Part shown: piece by piece, positions 58,181-64,000 of the stretch
Layout of the letters: each line of letters begins with the position of its first letter
Numbering within the stretch: the first letter of the stretch is position 1
NCBI GenBank assembly: GCA_963666215.2
Contig: CAXWPL010000004.1
Location: forward strand, 832,001-896,000
DNA: 64,000 bases
Source of the DNA: Acidobacteriota bacterium
GTDB taxonomy: Bacteria; Acidobacteriota; UBA890; WLXD01
Direction: 5' to 3'
Notes under the pieces: generated by a model
The model's database searches: none
Told to the model about the DNA's origin: nothing
What the model saw: only the letters and a program-made list of their open reading frames with translations
Made by a program: the position numbers and the translations under genes

Positions 58181-60799
58181 GCGAGATCCTCTTTCGCATC
58201 ATCGTCCGCTTCTATCCGCGCCGGGTGCGATACTGCTTCGGCGGCGAGATGCTCGACTACATGCAGGCCGACCTGCAGCGGCGCCGTGATACCGGCGGCA
58301 CACCGGGGTACTGGCGTTGGCTGCTCAGCGACGCGGCACGGGGCCTGTTCGCTACCTGGTCGAACCGGCCACCCTCGAGGTCACGTCGCCCGGAGCGAGG
58401 CCTGTTACGAGAGCTCGTGCAGATTCTGCGCGACCTGGTTCGGCGCCCGCTGTTTACGTCGACCGTTGTATTGACGCTGGCCATCGGCGTAGGTGCAAGC
58501 GCGTCCGTCTTCAGTCTGGTTCACGGAGTGGTGCTGTCGCCATTGCCGTATGCGGCGCCAGAACAGCTGGTTTGGATCCACCAGCAGAACTCGCCGACCA
58601 ATCGATTCGTGATCTCTATGGCCGACCTGCTCGGTCTCGAGGAGTCCCAACGAGCCTTTGAGTCGATCACCGCGTACACATCGTCGGAGGCTGTGCTCTC
58701 CGGCGAAGATCGCCCGGTCAAGGTGCGGATCTCCGCGGTAACAGCCTCCTTCTTCGACACATTCGGTTTGCGCCCGGCGAGCGGGCGTGGCTTCGCTGCT
58801 GGCGAGGACCGCCCTGGCGCCGAGCCCGTGGTTGTTCTGAGCCACGACCTCGGAGAGCGCCACTTCGGAGCGGGCGTCGACGCGGTCGGCGAGGTGCTCG
58901 TGCTGGATGGACAGAGCCACACGGTGGTGGGGGTCATGGCACCCGGCGTCCAGGAGGTGGCCGGCCGGCGCGCCGACCTTTGGCGTGCCCTTCACGTCTC
59001 TGAGCCCGATCGTCGGGGCCCGTTCTTTCTGTTCGCCGTCGGCAGGCTTGCCGAGGGTCAGACGTTAGAAGGCGCCAATTCCGATCTTGCCGACGTCAGC
59101 ACACGGATCTTCCCGCGCTGGGCCGACAGCTTTCGCGACGAGAACGCGCGCCTGACCGCGTTGCCTTTGGGTGACGTCCTCGTCGGTGACACCAGTGAGC
59201 GATTGATGCTTGTGTTTGGCGCAGTCCTCGTTCTGCTGCTCATCGCGATTTCCAACGTCGTGAACCTGACGTTGGCTCGAACGACCGAGCGTTCGGGTGA
59301 TCTCGCCATCCGAACGGCTCTCGGCGCTTCCAGGCCGCGGATCGCGCAGTTGCTGTTCATCGAGAGCTTCGTCGTCGCTCTCATCGGCGGGGTTCTGGGA
59401 ATCGCTCTCGCGATGCTCTCGGTTGCGGCATTCAAGGCGGCCGATCCCGGATTGCCGCGACTGGCCGACGTCTCCGTTGGCGCGCCGGTGGTTGGGTATG
59501 CTCTCGGCGTGGTTCTGGTCTCGAGCCTGGCGATGACAATGTCTTCCATGCTTATCATCCCGACGCAGGCCGTCGGCAGTACGCTGAAGGAGTCGTCGCG
59601 GGGCGCTGCCGGGAGCCGGCGAGCGAACGCCCTCCGCACGATGTTGGTCGCCTCCGAGTTCGCCCTGTCGCTGCCGCTCCTGGTGGCAGCCGGGCTGCTC
59701 GCGACCAGCCTACTGCGACCGCAGAATGTCGACCCCGGCTTCGATCCCGACGGGGTCATTGCCGTACCGGTCAGCTTGCCAGGCACCGACTATCCCGACA
59801 CCAGCGCCAGGGCAGAGTTCTGGCAAGCGAGCCTCGCAGCGATTCGCTCCCTACCCGGTGTCGCCGCCGCCGGCGTGGCGGTGGGCCTGCCGCCCGACTC
59901 TCCGACCTTCAACAACAATTTCGATCTCGTCGACCGCCCGGTCGAGGCGGGTACGTCGGAACCAGTGACTCCCTGGGCGGCGGTCGACGAGGGCTTTCGG
60001 GATGCGCTCGGGATTCGACTCCTCGAAGGACGCTGGTTCGACGAGCTGCAGGACTCGACGGGCGCCCTGCCCTTGGTGGTCACCCGTAGCTGGGCCGATC
60101 GCTTCTACTCTGGCGAGGAGGTTCTGGGAAGGCAGGTGTACGAGGGCGGCAATCGCGAGCAAGCCGCCGAAGTTGTCGGAGTCGTAGCCGACGTGAAATA
60201 CGACGGACTCGCGGGAAACGGCGAGACGGTGTACTTCCCGACCTACCAGTTCTGGCGGCAGTCGATGAATTTGGTCGTCAAGTCAGCGGCGTCGACCGAG
60301 AGCACCATCGCCGCGGTGCGCCAGGCAATCTAGTGCACTCGACCCCGGGTTGCCGCTCGACGACATCACGACCATGAACAAGCGGGTGCGCAGCTCGGTT
60401 GCCGGACCACGATTGTGGACCCGGATTCTGCGGGTCTTCGGCGGCGGCGCGCTTGTCCTGTCGGCCGTCGGCGTGTTCGGCAACTTGGCGTACTACGTAC
60501 GCCGGCAGCGGCGTGAGATTGGCGTGCGCATGGCGCTTGGCGCCGACCGCGGGTCGATCGTCGGCCTCGTCGTACGGCGTGGCCTGGTTATCGCCGCGGC
60601 GGGGATCGTCGTCGGGCTCGGGTTGTCGCTCGTGGTCTCGCGGTCGCTCGACGCTTTGTTGTTCGAGGTGGGTCGTCACGACCCGCTGACATTCCTGCTG
60701 GCTTGCGGCACGCTCGCGGGCGTGGCGCTCATTGCTTGCTACATGCCGGCCCGCCGGGCTGCGAATATCGACCCGAAGGACGCGATGGCCTCACGCTGA
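58177..60799 (+). pseudogene. ADOP permease with +1 frameshift at about 60331
   Basis: YPRRVRYCFGGEM N-terminus; homology resumes after ATC-T-AGT in another frame (SALDPGLPLDDITTM...EIGVRMALGA...MPARRAANIDP). Confidence 0.85.
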
Positions 60800-60863
60800 C
60801 AGATTCGAAGATCGACGGGGAATCCAGAATCGACGCGCCAGCGCGGGCCTCGGACACTGTCTG

Positions 60864-60895
60864 CTAGTCCTCTAGTCCTCTAGTCCTCTAGTCCT
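60864..60895 (-). repeat. Perfect 8-bp tandem repeat x4 anchored on the S9 peptidase stop codon
   Basis: (CTAGTCCT)x4 on + strand = (AGGACTAG)x4 on - strand. Confidence 0.9.
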
Positions 60896-63161
60896 CGCGC
60901 TCCGAGGTCGGTCGTGTACGGCGCGGGGTCGTCGACTCCAGATGTTCGCGCCACCACTGGAGCTCCTGCCAGTATCGGTGCACCGTGTTCCATGGCGTCC
61001 AGCCGCCGTGCGACGTATCCGGGTAGCGCACGAAACGGGCCGCGACGATTTGTTTCCGCAGCGCGGTGTACATCTGCTCGCCCTGTTCGATGGGCACGCG
61101 GAAGTCCTCCTCACCGTGGATGAACAGAGTTGGTGTCGAAACCCCGTCGGCGTGCTTGATCGGCGACTGCTCCCACAGAAGTTCGGCGCTTGGCTCTTTC
61201 CAAGGAGCCCCGAAGAACTCGGTCTCCTTCGCCTGCGGGATGTCGGCCGTGCCGTAGTCGCTGAGCCAGTTCGAGATCCCGGCGCCCGAGATCGCGGCGG
61301 CGAAGCGATCGGTGTGGGTAATCGCCCAGTTGGTCAAGAAACCGCCGTACGAGTAGCCCGTAACGCCGATTCGCTGTGGGTCGACGTTGTAGTTGGCGAC
61401 CACATGGTCGACGCCAGCCATGACGTCGTCGAAGTCGAGGTTGCCCCAGCCGCCCCAGGTGGCCCAAAGAAAGTCCTCGCCGTAACCGGTGGAGCCGCGC
61501 GGGTTGGTCGCGAGCACAAGGTAGCCTTGCGCTGCCCACAGTTGCTGCTGGAACGAGAAGCTCTCACCATAGGCCGAGTGAGGGCCACCATGGATCGCCA
61601 CGACGAGCGGGTGTAGGCGCGGCGCCTCGCTGGTCGTCCGGCCTGCGGCGCCGGCTCCACTCCCGTAGTCGGGAGGCAGCAGCACCCAGCCTTCGATCAT
61701 CGTGCCGTCGGCGCTCGCGAAATCAATGCGGTGCGTAGGTGCGACGCGAATATTGTCGATCGCGAAGCTGTTGATCGACGTCAGCGCGATCTCCGCGCTA
61801 CCGTCGATGGCGGCGGCGTACAGCTCTCCGAGTTGTGCGGAGGTGCTGCCAACGAAGGAGAGACGGCCTCTCGCGCTGCTGTCGGTTGCAAGCGTGAAGT
61901 CGGTCAGCCGGCGAGCCCCGGAGGTAACGGCCTCGACCGCCGAGCCAGGCCGCGTGGCGAACAGGTGCTGTTCGCCACCGCTTCCGGCGGCGAAGTAAAT
62001 ACGTCCGTCGCCCATCCAGTGCGGCGCTCCGGGGCGTAGGTCCCAGTCGGGAGTCAGGTTGACGAGTCCGGGCGGGGCGTTTGTTGCGGTTGGGGCGGGG
62101 GCCGGTGGCGTGCCCGGGGCCAACATCGAGTAGACATCGACGGGAGAGCCGCGCCCACGCCGCGCCTCGAGCAGGATCCCGAGACCTTCAGTGCGACGGA
62201 AAGCGATGCGCTCACCGTCGGGTGACCAGTTTGGCGTGCTGTTTACATGAAGGTCGTCTGTAAGTCGCAACAGCTGACTCTCTAGATTCACCAGCCACAA
62301 GTCGGTTCTGGTATACGTGTGCTCGTCGCGCTGTTCGGCGTCGGCGGCGAACGCCATCGCGTTGCTGTCGGGTCGCCAGGCGACATCCGCGACGTCGAAC
62401 CCGAGGCGTGTCAGGCGCCTCGCGGTGCCCCCAGCACGGGGTAGCACGTACAAATCCCGTGGTGGCGTGGCGGCCGGGTCGCGGCCGTCGGCGAGGTAGC
62501 CACGACGATCGAAGCGGTAGCGCATCCAATCGTAGATACGGCCGCGGAAACGCGACTCGAGCTCGCGCTCGAACTCGGCGGATCGTCCGAGGGCCCCTCC
62601 GCTGGACGCCGATCTCGCAGGCGTGCTCCGTACGAACGCGATCCAGCGCCCGTCCGGACTGAAGATCGGTGGGCCGTCAACACCGAGCACTTGGAACGCC
62701 TCGCCGGAGGCGCCCCCCATGTCGAGGAACCATATGTCGCTGCGGTTGCCCCGATCCGGCTCGCTAGCTTCGCCACCCGCAGTATTCCTGGGCGGGGTTC
62801 TCGCCGAGGAAAACGAGAGTAGCTTGCCGTCGGGGCTCCAACGCGGGTCGGCAGCGCTGAACGCCGGGCTGGTCAGTCGGCGCGGCTGTGCGGAGCCGTC
62901 GCTCGGCACGATCCAGATCTCGTCATGCCGACGATCCTCGTCGCGCAGAGTGCGCGTGCGAACGAAAGCCACCTGCGACCCGTCCGGCGATATCGCCGGA
63001 CGACCTACGCTCTCGAGCCCGAAGTAGTCGTCGGGACGCAGTAACCGGCCGGGCGAGGCCTGTGAGTGGGCCCGTGACGGACCTGTCGCGGCCGCGGTCG
63101 AGACGGCAGCGAAGAGGGCGAGAGCTGGCAGGTGCTTCGCGGATCGGGTGAATTGGCGCAT
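60888..63161 (-). CDS. Secreted S9 family peptidase
   Basis: WD40-like propeller, IHGGPH, GYSYGG, IHGEEDFRV, SHG. Confidence 0.92.
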   Translation of the reverse strand: MRQFTRSAKHLPALALFAAVSTAAATGPSRAHSQASPGRLLRPDDYFGLESVGRPAISPDGSQVAFVRTRTLRDEDRRHDEIWIVPSDGSAQPRRLTSPAFSAADPRWSPDGKLLSFSSARTPPRNTAGGEASEPDRGNRSDIWFLDMGGASGEAFQVLGVDGPPIFSPDGRWIAFVRSTPARSASSGGALGRSAEFERELESRFRGRIYDWMRYRFDRRGYLADGRDPAATPPRDLYVLPRAGGTARRLTRLGFDVADVAWRPDSNAMAFAADAEQRDEHTYTRTDLWLVNLESQLLRLTDDLHVNSTPNWSPDGERIAFRRTEGLGILLEARRGRGSPVDVYSMLAPGTPPAPAPTATNAPPGLVNLTPDWDLRPGAPHWMGDGRIYFAAGSGGEQHLFATRPGSAVEAVTSGARRLTDFTLATDSSARGRLSFVGSTSAQLGELYAAAIDGSAEIALTSINSFAIDNIRVAPTHRIDFASADGTMIEGWVLLPPDYGSGAGAAGRTTSEAPRLHPLVVAIHGGPHSAYGESFSFQQQLWAAQGYLVLATNPRGSTGYGEDFLWATWGGWGNLDFDDVMAGVDHVVANYNVDPQRIGVTGYSYGGFLTNWAITHTDRFAAAISGAGISNWLSDYGTADIPQAKETEFFGAPWKEPSAELLWEQSPIKHADGVSTPTLFIHGEEDFRVPIEQGEQMYTALRKQIVAARFVRYPDTSHGGWTPWNTVHRYWQELQWWREHLESTTPRRTRPTSERED

Positions 63162-63167
63162 GCCCCG

Positions 63168-63173
63168 ATTATA
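63168..63173 (-). promoter_or_regulatory. -10 box TATAAT 6 nt upstream of ATG (probable leaderless transcript)
   Basis: Minus strand TATAAT-CGGGGC-ATG, no SD. Confidence 0.6.
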
Positions 63174-63225
63174 GAGATGCGCGCGCTCGCCAAGCGGTGC
63201 GGGATGACGATGATGGGCGGTTCCG

Positions 63226-63999
63226 CTAGTCGGGCGTAGCTACGGAGATCGATTCTGCCGGCGCGGACATCGCTGGCGGCTGCTGTGCGAGGACGTTCCG
63301 CAGCAGCGGGATGTAGAAGCCCCAGTAGAAAGACTCGTTTTCGCTGAGGGTCGTCGGCGACAAACGCGCGATGGTGCGGTTGAACCAGGGCAGCCCCTCC
63401 AGATAGTGCGGGCCCAGGTTGCGAGCGGCGTCGGAAAAGTCGCCAGCCATGTAGAGGCGTACCGGCGAGCCGTCCGCGCCGGCGCTTACAACCGCCGGAA
63501 AGCGGCTCGGTACGTGATGGCGCGATAGCAGCTCAATGCCGGCCTCGGTGAGGTCGAGATCGAAATTCGCCTGAACGACGGCGCCGGGTTGCGGGGCGAC
63601 GATGTCGAACCAGTACTCGAAGGCGATGTCGCCGAGCACTCCGTCGGTGAGAGGTTGATTACCCGTCGGGCTGACGCGTAGACCCCGAGCCGTCACCTCT
63701 TCGTTGCGGCGCAGTACGAGCAAGGTCGCGTTTTCATGGACAACGATGTAACCGGGGCCTTCGAAGCTCCAGTCGGAGTCGTTCTGTGTCCTCCATTCAC
63801 GGAAAGCCCACGCCGGCACCTCGCGCTCATCTGCCAGATCCGGGAAGAAGCGTCCGGTCCAGCCGCTCCATTTGACCCCGAGAAGGTTTTCCATTCTCGA
63901 ACGCGCCACACCGGTCGTGGGGTGGGCGAAGGTATTGAATTCCGCGATCAGACCGCCGCCGCGGCCGACGAACTGTTCAATCAGCTCGACCTCACTGAG
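63226..63999 (-). CDS. Partial hypothetical protein (N-terminus outside window)
   Basis: Open frame to window edge: ...GGLIAEFNTFAHPT...WSGWTGRFF...YMAGDFSD...FYWGFYIP. Confidence 0.7.
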   Translation of the reverse strand, partial: LSEVELIEQFVGRGGGLIAEFNTFAHPTTGVARSRMENLLGVKWSGWTGRFFPDLADEREVPAWAFREWRTQNDSDWSFEGPGYIVVHENATLLVLRRNEEVTARGLRVSPTGNQPLTDGVLGDIAFEYWFDIVAPQPGAVVQANFDLDLTEAGIELLSRHHVPSRFPAVVSAGADGSPVRLYMAGDFSDAARNLGPHYLEGLPWFNRTIARLSPTTLSENESFYWGFYIPLLRNVLAQQPPAMSAPAESISVATPD

Positions 64000-64000
64000 C

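Noticed and set aside
60331-60333. Amber read-through or recoding (pyrrolysine) in ADOP 3
   Set aside because: Downstream homology is in a different frame, so this is a frameshift. TAG acts as a normal stop for many genes here.
1-64000. CRISPR array, cas genes, integrase, transposase or prophage
   Set aside because: No repeat-spacer array and no recognisable motifs. The repeats found are 8-18 bp with at most five copies and no spacers.

Overview
GC-rich bacterial chromosome window. The gene content (three PadR + 'duplicated orphan permease' ADOP modules, a GWxTD protein, two VPS10/BNR propeller proteins, two S9 peptidases, DUF1800/DUF1501) points to Acidobacteriota; this is inferred from gene families only. 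Housekeeping genes are addBA, pyrF, a fused E1 alpha/beta 2-oxoacid dehydrogenase, a Nudix 8-oxo-dGTPase, a 1-Cys peroxiredoxin, MscS and tRNA-Ser(CGA). I found no CRISPR array, integrase, transposase or prophage. Highlights: (1) a 602-aa eukaryote-type MTHFR carrying the C-terminal regulatory domain that typical bacterial MetF lacks; (2) a 2-TM/HAMP membrane protein fused in frame to an internal GspG-like prepilin; (3) three PadR-ADOP pairs, each with a different repeated operator-like motif and a shared N-terminal helical extension, suggesting orthogonal membrane-sensor/regulator pairs; (4) a GT-C-like membrane protein fused to ankyrin repeats; (5) pervasive gene erosion (about ten truncations, frameshifts or intergenic remnants) and stop-codon-anchored micro-duplications without IS elements. 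All product calls come from motif recognition by eye, and several start codons are uncertain.
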